Source of the DNA: Alphaproteobacteria bacterium
GTDB taxonomy: Bacteria; Pseudomonadota; Alphaproteobacteria; JAUHZC01
Reading direction: 5' to 3'
Length of the DNA: 64,000 nucleotides
Assembly: GCA_023898725.1 (NCBI GenBank)
Contig: CP060236.1
Location: 672,852-736,851, forward strand
Shown: positions 9,679 to 19,836 of the stretch, piece after piece
Layout: each line of letters opens with the position of its first letter
Position numbering within the stretch: position 1 is the first letter of the stretch
Program-made: the position numbers and the translations under genes
The notes under the pieces: generated by a model
Seen by the model: only the letters and a program-made list of their open reading frames with translations
What the model was told of the DNA's origin: nothing
Database searches by the model: none

Positions 9679-10251
9679 TCACGCGCTAGGTCGTGTCGAG
9701 CCTTCACCTTTTTCATGCTTGTCCCTATTTTTCAGTTCTTTTCTCATGTGCGTGATCATGGCGTGTGTGTATTTTTTTTGAAAATCGAGCGTCTCTTTGG
9801 AATCATTCGTAAGTACCGAAGTCAGTTCTTCAATCAGCTTATCGGTGCCCGCTATAGCAACTATACGACGCTCGCGATCGAGTGTGCGATCGATAGATGC
9901 AATGGTGTGTTTCTGCCAATGGGCTCGTTGGGCAATGTTATGTGTTCGCATATGATCAATTATCATTCGCGTTTCTGCGTCTTTGCGATCGATGATCTTT
10001 TGAACTTCCGCCTGCTTTTGTGCCAGTGTGTCTGTATGCGCGCGGGCATTGTTTTTTCTCTCAGTGAGTGTTTGAAATGTTTCTGCTAGTGCGGATTGCT
10101 GGTTTGTAACCCCCTTGCGCACCCATGGCCAGGCTGTGCGCCACAAAAACAGGCACGTAACTATAAAAGAGCAGACAATCCAAAATTCAGGCTTTTGTTG
10201 TGCAGAGATCATGAAAGAATCGTAAATAGGAATCATGCGCCTGTAATCCAA
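9679..10251 (-). CDS. atpF: F0F1 ATP synthase subunit b
   Basis: 190 aa, single N-terminal TM then a long charged helix. Overlaps the upstream b-prime gene. Completes the atpB-E-F-prime-F order. Confidence 0.75.
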   Translation of the reverse strand: MDYRRMIPIYDSFMISAQQKPEFWIVCSFIVTCLFLWRTAWPWVRKGVTNQQSALAETFQTLTERKNNARAHTDTLAQKQAEVQKIIDRKDAETRMIIDHMRTHNIAQRAHWQKHTIASIDRTLDRERRIVAIAGTDKLIEELTSVLTNDSKETLDFQKKYTHAMITHMRKELKNRDKHEKGEGSTRPSA

Positions 10252-10670
10252 GATTTACAGATATGTTTATGAATATCATCCCGTACGCCGCTGAGATTTT
10301 TATCCATAGCTAGCGCTTCATTGCCAATCTTTTTCATCTCAAACCGCAGGCGTTTGCGTTCGTGCGCAAAGATTGCAGCCCGCGCCGAGATGTTTTCTTG
10401 ACTAAGGGCGTGGCGTTCGTGAGAAAGAAGCTTCCGTAGTGCCTCCTTTGACTGCCGTGTGATCTCTGCAATAGCTGCAGCACGTGTGTGATTGCTAGCC
10501 TCAATTTTCTCTATGTCGTATATTTTTGCATTAATCGTGTTTTTACGGGTTTGGATAAGTGTAATGTATTGCGGTATCACAACACGATGCAGGGTAACAA
10601 CGAGTACTAGCAGACTGACGAATAACCAAAACAATTGTGAGGAGTAGGTACTAATATCCAGTTGTGGCAT
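10233..10670 (-). CDS. F0F1 ATP synthase subunit b-prime
   Basis: 145 aa, N-terminal TM plus charged helix, positioned between atpE and atpF as in alphaproteobacteria. Confidence 0.7.
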   Translation of the reverse strand: MPQLDISTYSSQLFWLFVSLLVLVVTLHRVVIPQYITLIQTRKNTINAKIYDIEKIEASNHTRAAAIAEITRQSKEALRKLLSHERHALSQENISARAAIFAHERKRLRFEMKKIGNEALAMDKNLSGVRDDIHKHICKSWITGA

Positions 10671-10685
10671 GGGTGTTCTCGTGTC

Positions 10686-10907
10686 TTACCGCAAGATCAT
10701 GATTGCCAAAACGAATGCCAATAGAGCCACCACCTCAACAAGACCAGCCCCAACATATCCAATGGTTGCATATTTTTTTTCAGCACTGGGGTTTCGTGAT
10801 AATGCTCCCAACCAAGCGGCAAAAATATTGCCAAGGCCAATACCTGCCCCGAGGGCGGCAAACATTGCAATGCCTGCGCCAATAAACTTTGCTGATGATG
10901 CGTCCAT
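10686..10907 (-). CDS. atpE: F0F1 ATP synthase subunit c
   Basis: 73 aa, two TM hairpin with the conserved carboxylate in GAGLVEVVALLAF. Confidence 0.9.
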   Translation of the reverse strand: MDASSAKFIGAGIAMFAALGAGIGLGNIFAAWLGALSRNPSAEKKYATIGYVGAGLVEVVALLAFVLAIMILR

Positions 10908-10948
10908 GTTAATCTCCTTATTAAATTTTCTACTTTAATTGCTAGGTC

Positions 10949-11674
10949 TTAATGCATCTCTCTTGCGTCATGAATGTATACACACGAAAGAATAGTAAAG
11001 ATATATGCCTGCAAGCATGCCACAAAAATCTCGAATAACATAAACAATACGTTGAAAAACATGGGAATAATGCCAACAAGCCCTAAGCCTACAGAAAATC
11101 CTGCAAAAATTTTTAAAACAATGTGTCCAGCAAACATGTTTGCAAAAAGGCGAACCCCAAGGCTAATGGGCCGAAACATATAGGAAATAACTTCAATGGG
11201 AATAATAATGGGAGCAATCACAAGGGGGACACCACTTGGCATAAAGCGTTTGAAAAACCTGAATCCATGCCGCATAAGTCCCAAGCCTGTCGCTACAATA
11301 AACATGAAGATAGCCAGCGCAAGTGTGACGACAAATTGGCTGGTGACCGTGTAGGAAAAAGGGACAATACCCAGAAGATTAATCGTTGCAATAAAAAAGA
11401 AAAAACCAAAAACAAGAGGAGCAAGGCGTGTGCTTTGCGCCCCTATGATATCGTCTGTGAGGTTCTTTGCAAATCCGAGAATTGCTTCGACAACATACTG
11501 AAAAAGAGATGGTGACGTTACAGCCGCTGAGGATAGCCCTGTAATCAAGACGCCCAGGATGAGACTTACCCCGATAAGCATAAAAAGGCTCGCATTCGTG
11601 AAGGATATATCTACACCCCAAAAGCTAATGGGGTAGATTACCTGAATCAAAAATTGGTGTAAGGGATCAGACAT
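10949..11674 (-). CDS. atpB: F0F1 ATP synthase subunit a
   Basis: 241 aa polytopic membrane protein with the conserved R in LGVRLFANMFAGH. Confidence 0.9.
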   Translation of the reverse strand: MSDPLHQFLIQVIYPISFWGVDISFTNASLFMLIGVSLILGVLITGLSSAAVTSPSLFQYVVEAILGFAKNLTDDIIGAQSTRLAPLVFGFFFFIATINLLGIVPFSYTVTSQFVVTLALAIFMFIVATGLGLMRHGFRFFKRFMPSGVPLVIAPIIIPIEVISYMFRPISLGVRLFANMFAGHIVLKIFAGFSVGLGLVGIIPMFFNVLFMLFEIFVACLQAYIFTILSCVYIHDAREMH

Positions 11675-11762
11675 AAAGTGATACTATAAGAGAAATTACG
11701 GAAACTCAAAGGAAAATTCTATTCTTTGATTTCAAAACACCAAGAAAGTTTTACTTTTTATA

Positions 11763-12632
11763 ATGAAGAAAAATCATAGGGGAATTCCCTTTATAAAAAT
11801 GCATGGCCTTGGAAATGACTTTATTTTTGTTTTTCAGTCGTCTTTCTTACCGCAGGCACCTGATCGTGAAACCATTATTCGCATGTCTGATCGCATGCGT
11901 GGTATTGGTGCCGACCAGTTGATTTGGGTTGAAGATTTCAGTAGTGTAACAGTGGCCAAAATGCACATTTTTAATCGTGATGGCACTATAGCCAAGGCAT
12001 GTGGGAATGCAACGCGGTGTTTAGCGTACCTCTATGCACAAAAATTTCAACAGACTAACGTTATGATTCATACACCGGGAGGCGGAGTATCCTGTCGGGT
12101 GCACAGTGTTGAGGCTGTTTCTGTAACAATTCCTGCCCCGATTGTTGGTTTCTCCGCTGTGCAGGGGGTTGGCAGCTATGATTATACCCAATCTCCTGTG
12201 TCCCTTCCTTCTCTTTACAGTCTTGTTTTTGTCCAAACGGGTAATTTTCACATGATACACGTGGTGGATTCTCTTCCTGACGACGAGACGTTGATTGCTT
12301 ATGGACGGTGGTTAAATAGTTCCCACCCAAACTTTCCTTCAGGGATTAATGTTGAGTTTGTGAAATTTTTCGATGCTACACACGGACGCATGCGTGTTTA
12401 TGAACGAGGAGCGGAGTGTATCACCCAGGCGTGTGGGACAGGGGCATGCGCCAGTGTCTTTGTGGGAGCGCAACAGGGATACTGCGATACAGAAGTTATT
12501 CTTTCCCTTGATGGTGGAGAGCTGCGTATATCTGTGAAAGAAAATAATCAGCTTGAGATGATAGGGGCAGTTTGTTATGTATTCGATGGTATTTATCTAG
12601 ATGGAGGTGAATATCATGCGAGGAGTTCATGA
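11763..12632 (+). CDS. dapF: Diaminopimelate epimerase
   Basis: 289 aa; KMHGLGNDFIFV and catalytic Cys motifs (ACGNATRC, ACGTGACAS). Confidence 0.9.
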   Translation: MKKNHRGIPFIKMHGLGNDFIFVFQSSFLPQAPDRETIIRMSDRMRGIGADQLIWVEDFSSVTVAKMHIFNRDGTIAKACGNATRCLAYLYAQKFQQTNVMIHTPGGGVSCRVHSVEAVSVTIPAPIVGFSAVQGVGSYDYTQSPVSLPSLYSLVFVQTGNFHMIHVVDSLPDDETLIAYGRWLNSSHPNFPSGINVEFVKFFDATHGRMRVYERGAECITQACGTGACASVFVGAQQGYCDTEVILSLDGGELRISVKENNQLEMIGAVCYVFDGIYLDGGEYHARSS

Positions 12633-12635
12633 ATA

Positions 12636-13928
12636 ATGGGAACCAATGTCCCGCAAACACAGATAAAAGTTGTGACTTTTGGGTGTCGCTTGAATACTGT
12701 TGAGTCTCAAGTTATGGCATCTCATGCCCATGCGCATAAACTGGAGAAAACCATTATTATCAACACATGTGCCGTAACAAATGAAGCCGAGCGCCAGGCA
12801 AAGCAAGCTATTCGAAAACTGAACCTTGAGCATCCGGATCACAAGATTATTGTAACGGGGTGTGCGGCACAAATTAGTCCCTTGACGTATGGAAGTCTTC
12901 CTGGGGTCACGCGCGTTCTGGGTAATCACGAGAAAATGCTGCCTGAAAGTTATGCATCACATGGTGCAGGCATTGATGTTGGCAATATCATGGAGATAAA
13001 AAAAAATACCTATCCCCTGCTCGCGTCCATGACAGAAGGGTGTACGGAAAGGTCACGAGCATTTGTGCAAATACAAAATGGATGCAACCATAGGTGTACA
13101 TTTTGCACTATTCCTTTTGGCAGGGGAAACAATCGGAGTATTCCTCTCGCACAGCTCATTCGTCATGTCCGTGAACGTGTAGATGCCGGAATAAAAGAAG
13201 TTATTTTGACCGGTGTTGATATTACGGATTATGGTTCTGATCTTCCTGGGAAACCAACGTTAGGAATGCTTGTCGCCCGCATGCTGAGACATATTCCTGA
13301 TCTTCCTCGGCTGCGTCTATCTTCATTGGATCCTGTCGAGGTGGATGAAGACCTGTATGGGGTTCTGGGCCAGTCACAACGGATTATGCCGCACTTTCAT
13401 ATTAGTTTACAATCCGGAAATGATATGATTTTGCAACGGATGAAGCGTCGTCACGCGCGTCATCACATTGTTGCTTTTTGTGCCCGTGTGCGTGCGTTAC
13501 GCCCTGATGCTGTTTTTGGTGCAGACATCATCGCTGGTTTTCCTACAGAGACGGATCAGCAGTTTGCTGACTCACTGTCCATTATTGAGGAATGCGATAT
13601 TACACATATCCATGCGTTCTCGTTTTCTCCGAAGGCGGGCACTCCGGCTGCGCGCATGCCACAGCTGGATCGGCGCGTCATTAAGGACCGCACGGGTCAG
13701 TTACGGACATTGGGTGCGTCTAAGCTTGCCTCCTACGTCTACGAGAAGCTCCGCTCAGGAGATTCGTTGCGTGTTCTTTGTGAAAAACGTAATCAGGGCT
13801 ACACGGAGGACTATATTAAAGTTTCGTTCCGTGAGGATGTCACTCCTGGAGAGCTCATTATTGCTAAGCCCTATGACATAAGCGGCAATACGTTGCTTGT
13901 TTCACATACAGGATCACGAAAGGTATAA
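12636..13928 (+). CDS. mtaB: Radical-SAM methylthiotransferase, MtaB-type (tRNA t6A37 methylthiolation)
   Basis: 430 aa; N-terminal MTTase domain (TFGCRLNTVES, INTCAVTNEAE). Radical SAM CNHRCTFC motif. dapF-mtaB-ftsY synteny. Confidence 0.75.
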   Translation: MGTNVPQTQIKVVTFGCRLNTVESQVMASHAHAHKLEKTIIINTCAVTNEAERQAKQAIRKLNLEHPDHKIIVTGCAAQISPLTYGSLPGVTRVLGNHEKMLPESYASHGAGIDVGNIMEIKKNTYPLLASMTEGCTERSRAFVQIQNGCNHRCTFCTIPFGRGNNRSIPLAQLIRHVRERVDAGIKEVILTGVDITDYGSDLPGKPTLGMLVARMLRHIPDLPRLRLSSLDPVEVDEDLYGVLGQSQRIMPHFHISLQSGNDMILQRMKRRHARHHIVAFCARVRALRPDAVFGADIIAGFPTETDQQFADSLSIIEECDITHIHAFSFSPKAGTPAARMPQLDRRVIKDRTGQLRTLGASKLASYVYEKLRSGDSLRVLCEKRNQGYTEDYIKVSFREDVTPGELIIAKPYDISGNTLLVSHTGSRKV

Positions 13929-13929
13929 A

Positions 13930-14865
13930 ATGAGTTGGTTGCAGAAACTTAAAGAAGGTTTTACAAAAACGACAACAACAATTACGCGGGGCATCTCAGA
14001 TATTGTTACAAAAACAAAGCTGGATGATGATACCTTAACAGCACTAGAGGAGTATTTAATCACAACAGATATGGGCCCACAAGTTGCGGGAGACTTGTGT
14101 GGTTACCTGCGCAGCAAACGTTTTGCAAAAGAGATTACTGCTGATGAGGTGCGGGGGTTCCTGGCTGAGCATGTGGCTGAAAAACTGGAGCCTTATGCAA
14201 AACCAATTGCGTGGAGTAATGAACCTGGTGGTACAGATCCTGATGTTTTAATTGTAGTGGGTATTAACGGAGCAGGAAAAACAACGACTATTGGAAAACT
14301 TCTTCCATATTTGAAAAAACAGGGGAGAACTATCCGGGTTGTTGCCGGTGATACTTTTCGTGCTGCAGCGGTTAATCAATTACGGGCTTGGTGTGAGAAG
14401 GCGGATATTCCAATTGCCTCAGGGGTCGATGGTGCCGATGCCGCGGCGCTTGCCTACCAAGAAATAGTCACAGCCAAAACCACAGGAGATAACCTTGTCG
14501 TTGTTGACACAGCCGGACGTTTACACACAAAGAAAAATCTGATGGAAGAACTGTCTAAAGTTATCGCTGTGACCCGTAAACTGGTAGATGCAAAGCATAT
14601 TCATTGCGTTATGGTTCTTGATGCAACGAGCGGGCAAAACGTCCTACAGCAGGTCACCACCTTTCAAGAGTATATTCCTCTCACAGGCATTATTATGACA
14701 AAACTAGACGGAACGGCCAAAGGAGGTGTGCTGCTTAATGTTGTGCACACAAAGCAACTGTGTGTACATTTCATAGGCGTGGGTGAATCAGCTGATGCCC
14801 TCCAAGCAATGAGCGCAGATGCCTTTGCGCGCAATCTTTTCGGTCTGGGTGAGGTAACCAACTAG
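13930..14865 (+). CDS. ftsY: Signal recognition particle receptor FtsY (short form without an acidic A-domain)
   Basis: ATG at 13930, 2 nt after the mtaB stop. GTPase motifs GINGAGKTT, DTAGR, TKLD. Confidence 0.9.
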   Translation: MSWLQKLKEGFTKTTTTITRGISDIVTKTKLDDDTLTALEEYLITTDMGPQVAGDLCGYLRSKRFAKEITADEVRGFLAEHVAEKLEPYAKPIAWSNEPGGTDPDVLIVVGINGAGKTTTIGKLLPYLKKQGRTIRVVAGDTFRAAAVNQLRAWCEKADIPIASGVDGADAAALAYQEIVTAKTTGDNLVVVDTAGRLHTKKNLMEELSKVIAVTRKLVDAKHIHCVMVLDATSGQNVLQQVTTFQEYIPLTGIIMTKLDGTAKGGVLLNVVHTKQLCVHFIGVGESADALQAMSADAFARNLFGLGEVTN

Positions 14866-15305
14866 TCAGGTTTTTCTGTTGTTTGTGTGACAGATTCGCC
14901 TTCAGTGCTGTAGGCAGGAAGTTGTGACAAAGAAGGGTCCTCCTTGAGCACAGTTATTTGAGCCCGCGCAAGAAACTCCTTGCGCTTGAGTTCTGTGTTT
15001 TTGGCAATGAGCATTGAACGACGTTTGCGTAGCTCTTCTTCTGTTGCGAGGGGAATTTCTTGGGTATCAAGAAAAGCTGCGGCTGAAATGGGCTCTTTAA
15101 GAGGAGGTGTCTGTGTGATTTGTGCCTTGATCTTCTCTAAGTCTTTTTTGTCAGCAGAGACATCTGTGGAAGTTTTTTGAGGAGTAGAGGCTTTCTCCGC
15201 TGTAACTGGCTGGGCAAATGCGTGTGAAAAAGTTAAGGCTATGAGTGCAATCAAGCAACTGTGTGTCCATATATTTATCATCAGCGGTCTCTCTTCTCTT
15301 GTCAT
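14862..15305 (-). CDS. Hypothetical exported protein (operon member 7)
   Basis: 147 aa, signal peptide (CLIALIALTFSHAFA), K/E-rich. Overlaps the upstream gene by 4 nt. Confidence 0.5.
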   Translation of the reverse strand: MTREERPLMINIWTHSCLIALIALTFSHAFAQPVTAEKASTPQKTSTDVSADKKDLEKIKAQITQTPPLKEPISAAAFLDTQEIPLATEEELRKRRSMLIAKNTELKRKEFLARAQITVLKEDPSLSQLPAYSTEGESVTQTTEKPD

Positions 15306-16036
15306 TTCTCAGCATTAATTTTTGCAGACTGGTCTGGTAATCCCGAAACAGTTGCTTTTTGAACGAATTCTTTGATGGTACCAACTGCAGCACCTAAATC
15401 TTTGAGAACTTCTTCTGCTTGGGGAAGGGGTTCCGAATATTGGGCACGCCATTTTGCATGAATGGTCTGAGCATTATTAAGCCTTTCTTCACTTTTTTTG
15501 AGCATTGCCTGAAGCTTTTCAAGGTCTGTAGTCTCGGAGGCATCTCTTTGAATATTGCGTACATCAAGAAGCTCACTCAAAATCTCTGTAATCACTGACT
15601 TGCGTTCACTATCGATCACTTTTCGTGCTTCTTGATCGATGAGCTTCTGTTGGGAGGCTTTCTCACGGTCTTCCAGATCTTTTTCTCTTTGTTTTGCCCG
15701 TTCCTCAAACTTTGCACGAATAGCGCGCAACTTCTGATGTTTTTTTTGTGCAATACCTATATCTTTTGCCGCTTTGCGACGTGCTGCGTGTGCTTCTGTA
15801 CGTTTGGTTGCTAATTCATGCTGTGACTTCTTCAGCAACATACTGGCTGTATCAGTTTGTTTGCTTAGTGTTTCCATTTCCATGTGATCGGCTTCTGCTT
15901 TCAACTTTTGGGCCTCCGCAGATTTTACAGGATCAGCTGTAGGGGTTCCAGGTATATCAACAGCGATACAGGGTGACACACATAACAAAAGTCTCAGATA
16001 AGAAGCAAGTAGAGGAATAAAGCGATTATTGTGCAT
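15302..16036 (-). CDS. Hypothetical exported coiled-coil protein (operon member 6)
   Basis: 244 aa, signal peptide, long K/E/R/Q heptad-like helix. Overlaps member 5 by 11 nt. Confidence 0.5.
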   Translation of the reverse strand: MHNNRFIPLLASYLRLLLCVSPCIAVDIPGTPTADPVKSAEAQKLKAEADHMEMETLSKQTDTASMLLKKSQHELATKRTEAHAARRKAAKDIGIAQKKHQKLRAIRAKFEERAKQREKDLEDREKASQQKLIDQEARKVIDSERKSVITEILSELLDVRNIQRDASETTDLEKLQAMLKKSEERLNNAQTIHAKWRAQYSEPLPQAEEVLKDLGAAVGTIKEFVQKATVSGLPDQSAKINAEK

Positions 16037-17111
16037 GAGATTTTTCCTTGGCTAAAATTTTTGTAGACTCAGTGTTATACTCTTTTCCCTCAGGAACGGT
16101 GACTTTGAGACAGTTGTGGAATTCTTTGAAGAGTTGTTTCCAGCACCCGCTATCGTTTTTGGATTTGCAACTCCAGAAGTGCAGTCTATAACGACTGATA
16201 CACTCACTCTCTTTACGAACACCTTTAAAGTTTCCGTATAGTACCATGCCTTGACGTTTCTGCTCAGAAATTTTGAGCTTCTCTTCCACTTCAGCTTGTG
16301 TGCGCAGTGCTTCTTTTTTGCTCACCGTTTCTTTAATAGCTGCAGGAATTACTTTTTCATGGCATGTGAGTTTTTCGGCTTTTCGGGCCTCTTCAACAGC
16401 TTTCTTAATCTTTTTCTCACAGCTCATCTTTGATTTCGCCAGCTGAGATTCATAGTTAGATGCAAGCTGTTTTTTCAAATCGGCCACAGCTCGTTCAATT
16501 TCTTGACGCATATCGCGTTGCTGTTTCTCAAGAAAAGCTTTTTCCCGCTCTTCTATTGCTTTTGATTTCAAGGCATATTCTTTTTTAATCTTTTCCAGCG
16601 AATCTTTGTGCTTTCTTGTGACCTCTGGTGCAGATCCCCCTTCTGTTGTTGACTGTAGTTGAGTGGTGACGGCCTTTTCAAGCTTTACTTGACGGGCTTC
16701 GATGGCTTTTTCTTTATCATCCAGAGAGGCAATCTTTTGGTGCAGCTCTTCATTCATCTTTTTATTTTCGTCATGGACTTTTTTAAGATTATCGCGGGTT
16801 TCTTTGTTTTCTTTTTCCATACGTGTTCCCACAGATGCCAAAAATTCTTGTAGGGCCTTACTGTTGGCTTCAAGTCGGGCAATTTTTGCTTCGGAAAGGC
16901 TCTCTGGTCCTGGCGTGGTGTGGTTCCCTTTAGCGTTTGATGAGGATGCAGTAAATTCTAATTCATCTGTGTTTTCATAACCAACTTCGGCAAGAAGCGC
17001 CAAGTACTCTTGTTGCTTGGGCAAGTCTGATGATGGCTGTTCGCGCGCACCGACTGATAGGAGTGGCGAAAAGATCAGAAAAAAAACGGAGAGCGTGGCA
17101 ATGGTGCGCAT
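16026..17111 (-). CDS. Hypothetical exported coiled-coil protein with Cys-rich C-terminal domain (operon member 5)
   Basis: 361 aa, signal peptide MRTIATLSVFFLIFSPLLSVGA, about 200 aa of coiled coil, then a C-terminus with 6 Cys. Confidence 0.5.
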   Translation of the reverse strand: MRTIATLSVFFLIFSPLLSVGAREQPSSDLPKQQEYLALLAEVGYENTDELEFTASSSNAKGNHTTPGPESLSEAKIARLEANSKALQEFLASVGTRMEKENKETRDNLKKVHDENKKMNEELHQKIASLDDKEKAIEARQVKLEKAVTTQLQSTTEGGSAPEVTRKHKDSLEKIKKEYALKSKAIEEREKAFLEKQQRDMRQEIERAVADLKKQLASNYESQLAKSKMSCEKKIKKAVEEARKAEKLTCHEKVIPAAIKETVSKKEALRTQAEVEEKLKISEQKRQGMVLYGNFKGVRKESECISRYRLHFWSCKSKNDSGCWKQLFKEFHNCLKVTVPEGKEYNTESTKILAKEKSHAQ

Positions 17112-17207
17112 GCGTATTTTTTACTCGTTAGAACTATTTCAAATTTTAACAAAAAAAGATTAAGAATCTATTGCTATAGAAGGCCTATACAGGGGTTACG
17201 AAGAGCG

Positions 17208-17882
17208 CTACTGTGACAGAGAGGTGTCGTTTGTTGGTGCTGATGAGGAAGGTTTTTCATCGGCCTCTGTTCTCAGCTCTTCATTTTGGCTGCGCAGCTC
17301 ATCAATTTTTTCTTGTGTGACTTGGTTATCAAGCTTGGTCATATTAAGCATGATTTTGCTTCCCTCGGCATCGTAAGTTGCAATATCAGAAAGCGCTTTT
17401 GCTGAAATAGCTTGTGCGCGATTGATGTCACCATTGAGATACGCTATTTTTTGGTCATTATCATGCACCTCTCGGAGCAACCGCTGCAGTCGGTCTTTCA
17501 ACCACTCACTGAAGTTAGTGTCTGTTTTTGTTTCAGGATATCTTGAAACACACCGTTTTGTAATATCCCAAATTATGTCTTTACAGGCAGAGTTTCCTTC
17601 ACACTCAGATGTAATATCACTAACATTGCGACAGTCATTGAGAGCCATTGCTGCTTCATCAAGAGACTGTGCTTTTTTGTAAAGATTTTTTAGTTGCTCA
17701 TTTGTGACTGTGCTAATTGCTTCTTGAGAGGTATTTTCAATTTCAGCAATTTTACTTTCTACGTCATCAACGCTGACTGTCGGAAGGTCTGTTACCGCAA
17801 CAACAGGTGCGGTCGAGAGAAGACTGAAACAGAACCCCAGACCAAGAATAAAACCCTTGTTTATGTGAGTATTTATCATCAT
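17208..17882 (-). CDS. Hypothetical exported protein (operon member 4)
   Basis: 224 aa, signal peptide, 4 Cys, helical C-terminal half. Its start abuts the stop of member 3. Confidence 0.5.
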   Translation of the reverse strand: MMINTHINKGFILGLGFCFSLLSTAPVVAVTDLPTVSVDDVESKIAEIENTSQEAISTVTNEQLKNLYKKAQSLDEAAMALNDCRNVSDITSECEGNSACKDIIWDITKRCVSRYPETKTDTNFSEWLKDRLQRLLREVHDNDQKIAYLNGDINRAQAISAKALSDIATYDAEGSKIMLNMTKLDNQVTQEKIDELRSQNEELRTEADEKPSSSAPTNDTSLSQ

Positions 17883-18781
17883 CAGGATCCTTCTTTTGTG
17901 GCTTTTTGGGCCTCAGGGGTCTCGGTAGGGACTTTACTAGAATCATCTTCTGCTTCAAGAACAACTTCTGTCTCTTCTTCAACAGCTTTTTCTGTATCTG
18001 GAGTTGTTTTTTTGGCAGAGACATTATCAGATGTCCCCACGGCCTTTTGCTTTGATCCCTGGGTATTGATCACAAGGTCCTCAACAGTTGAGGAGCGTTT
18101 TTGGACATAGCCTTTATGAAAAAACCGTTTTCCGCAGTTTTTATGTAAAGAGTAGTACAGAACCTCCTCACATCCCTTATTTCCGTTACACTGAGGGCGT
18201 AGCTGGGAAAATGTATCGGCACACTCACGATAGAATCCCGCTTTTCGAAATAGGTCATCTGCCTTATTAAACATTGCGATGTATGCATAAAGATGATTGC
18301 GGGCAATAGCTGGTCTGATACACCCTTTGAGTGTGTGGCGTGCTTCTAACGTGCAATTTGAATCGTTAGCGCAGGCTGTTACTTTTGTGTTGTATTGCTC
18401 TGCACAGGCCCTGATGGTGGGGTCATCAATGCTTGAAAAGTCTGTCTTGGGGGGTACTGTTGGTTGTACGTCAGTACTCTTTTTTACAGCAGTGACTGGC
18501 TTTTCTTTCTGAACCTCTTCTTTTTTTGCCGGAGTTTTTTCTTTCTCTGGAGTCTTATCCTCTGGTTTTTTTGTCGCTTCTTTAGTGACAGCTGCAGCAG
18601 GAGCAGGCACAGCGGGAGTAGGCACAGGAGCCGCAGGGGTGTCAGATTTACCCGTAAAGATATCAAGAATTTTCTTGATTGTATCACCACTCTCTGATGT
18701 GGCGTGCACGGAAGCGGTGAGGCTTACCACACATGCAAAAAGAGACATAAATTTTAAATATCTATACATTCCTCGATCCAA
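17882..18781 (-). CDS. Hypothetical exported Pro/Lys-rich, Cys-rich protein (operon member 3)
   Basis: 299 aa, signal peptide, PAAPVPTPAVPAPAA / KEKTPAKKEE low-complexity linker, a central domain with about 10 Cys, and an acidic tail. Confidence 0.5.
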   Translation of the reverse strand: MDRGMYRYLKFMSLFACVVSLTASVHATSESGDTIKKILDIFTGKSDTPAAPVPTPAVPAPAAAVTKEATKKPEDKTPEKEKTPAKKEEVQKEKPVTAVKKSTDVQPTVPPKTDFSSIDDPTIRACAEQYNTKVTACANDSNCTLEARHTLKGCIRPAIARNHLYAYIAMFNKADDLFRKAGFYRECADTFSQLRPQCNGNKGCEEVLYYSLHKNCGKRFFHKGYVQKRSSTVEDLVINTQGSKQKAVGTSDNVSAKKTTPDTEKAVEEETEVVLEAEDDSSKVPTETPEAQKATKEGS

Positions 18782-18892
18782 TTTTGGATACTTTAGAGTG
18801 TAGAGCCTAATTCCTAAGGAATAGTTTATAAAGTGTAGATAAAAATAAATTCTTACTTAACCTTTAGCAAAAAAGAGTAACTATTATTCGTT

Positions 18893-19834
18893 TTATAGGC
18901 TATCAATACGAATCTCAATTCGCCTGTTTTCATAACAGTTGGCTTTGTCTTGAACGGGGTGGTGTTCACCAAACCCAGCTGCAGCAAGGCGTCCAGCAGG
19001 AATTCCTTGTTTTTCAAGTACCGCTACAACAGACATTGCGCGAGCAAAGGAAAGCTCCCAGTTGGATTTAAAGCGGATATTGTTGATTGGAACAGTATCT
19101 GTATGTCCGTCGACGCGTACAATCCAGGGAATAGCATTCGGTAGCTCCAAGAGAATGGTTTGAACAATGCTTGCCAGATCTTTAATTTTGGCCATACCGG
19201 CGGGGGTAAGTTTGGCAGAAGCAGTCTTGAAGAGAAGGTTTGAGTCGAACACAAACCGATCGTCATGTTGGCGAATGCCTTTGATTTTTTCTAATTTTTT
19301 TGAAACCTGCATTAAAAAATCCGAGCGCTTTTGTGCCATTGATACCAGAGCATTGACCTCAGACAGTTTCATTTGGAGGCTTTGTGACTCCTCTTTGAGG
19401 TTGCGTGTTTTTGCTGTTAGCTCAGTTACCATATGCTCAAGATTTTGAATGACCTGCTCTTTTTCTGTAAGAGTTTGCGCATGTGCGACATTTTGTATCT
19501 TTAAGGTATCTATGGTTTGTGTAAGAGACATCTCCCTATTTAATGACTGTAAAAGTGCCTGTTTCATCGCGTGAGAATTAAAGTTGGCGGCTGATAATTG
19601 CGCCCATAGTTTTTTCTTATCAATTGTTTCACGGGTGAGCTTTTGATTCGTCTCATTGAGTTGGGTTTTTTGGTCGCTTACGCGAAGACTTAGGTGTGTT
19701 TGGCCTACAACGAAAACAATAAGTGTAAAGATCACGACAAGAAGCACAGAGGAAAGCGCATCAACAAACCCTGGCCAAAAGTCCTGGTCTGTCGTCTCTC
19801 TGGTAAGGCTTCCTGAAAGCTTGCGTGTTGGCAT
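18893..19834 (-). CDS. MotB/TolR-like membrane protein: N-terminal TM helix with conserved Asp, long periplasmic coiled coil, C-terminal OmpA-type peptidoglycan-binding domain
   Basis: TM segment FWPGFVDALSSVLLVVIF aligns with MotB YADFMTAMMAFF and ExbD PFIDVMLVLL, including the Asp. C-terminus VRVDGHTDTVP…NWELSFARA…GFGEHHP…NRRIEIRI is a canonical OmpA_C. Likely ATG (MPTRKLSG) at 19834, 2 nt after the upstream stop. The longer ORF runs to 19927. Confidence 0.7.
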   Translation of the reverse strand: MPTRKLSGSLTRETTDQDFWPGFVDALSSVLLVVIFTLIVFVVGQTHLSLRVSDQKTQLNETNQKLTRETIDKKKLWAQLSAANFNSHAMKQALLQSLNREMSLTQTIDTLKIQNVAHAQTLTEKEQVIQNLEHMVTELTAKTRNLKEESQSLQMKLSEVNALVSMAQKRSDFLMQVSKKLEKIKGIRQHDDRFVFDSNLLFKTASAKLTPAGMAKIKDLASIVQTILLELPNAIPWIVRVDGHTDTVPINNIRFKSNWELSFARAMSVVAVLEKQGIPAGRLAAAGFGEHHPVQDKANCYENRRIEIRIDSL

Positions 19835-19836
19835 AA

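Noticed and set aside
9715-11515. Plus-strand ORFs (9715-10089, 10669-10938, 10974-11183, 11123-11515) overlapping the atp F0 genes
   Set aside because: They are antisense to strongly recognisable atpF/atpE/atpB coding sequence, with low-complexity or K-rich translations. Spurious.
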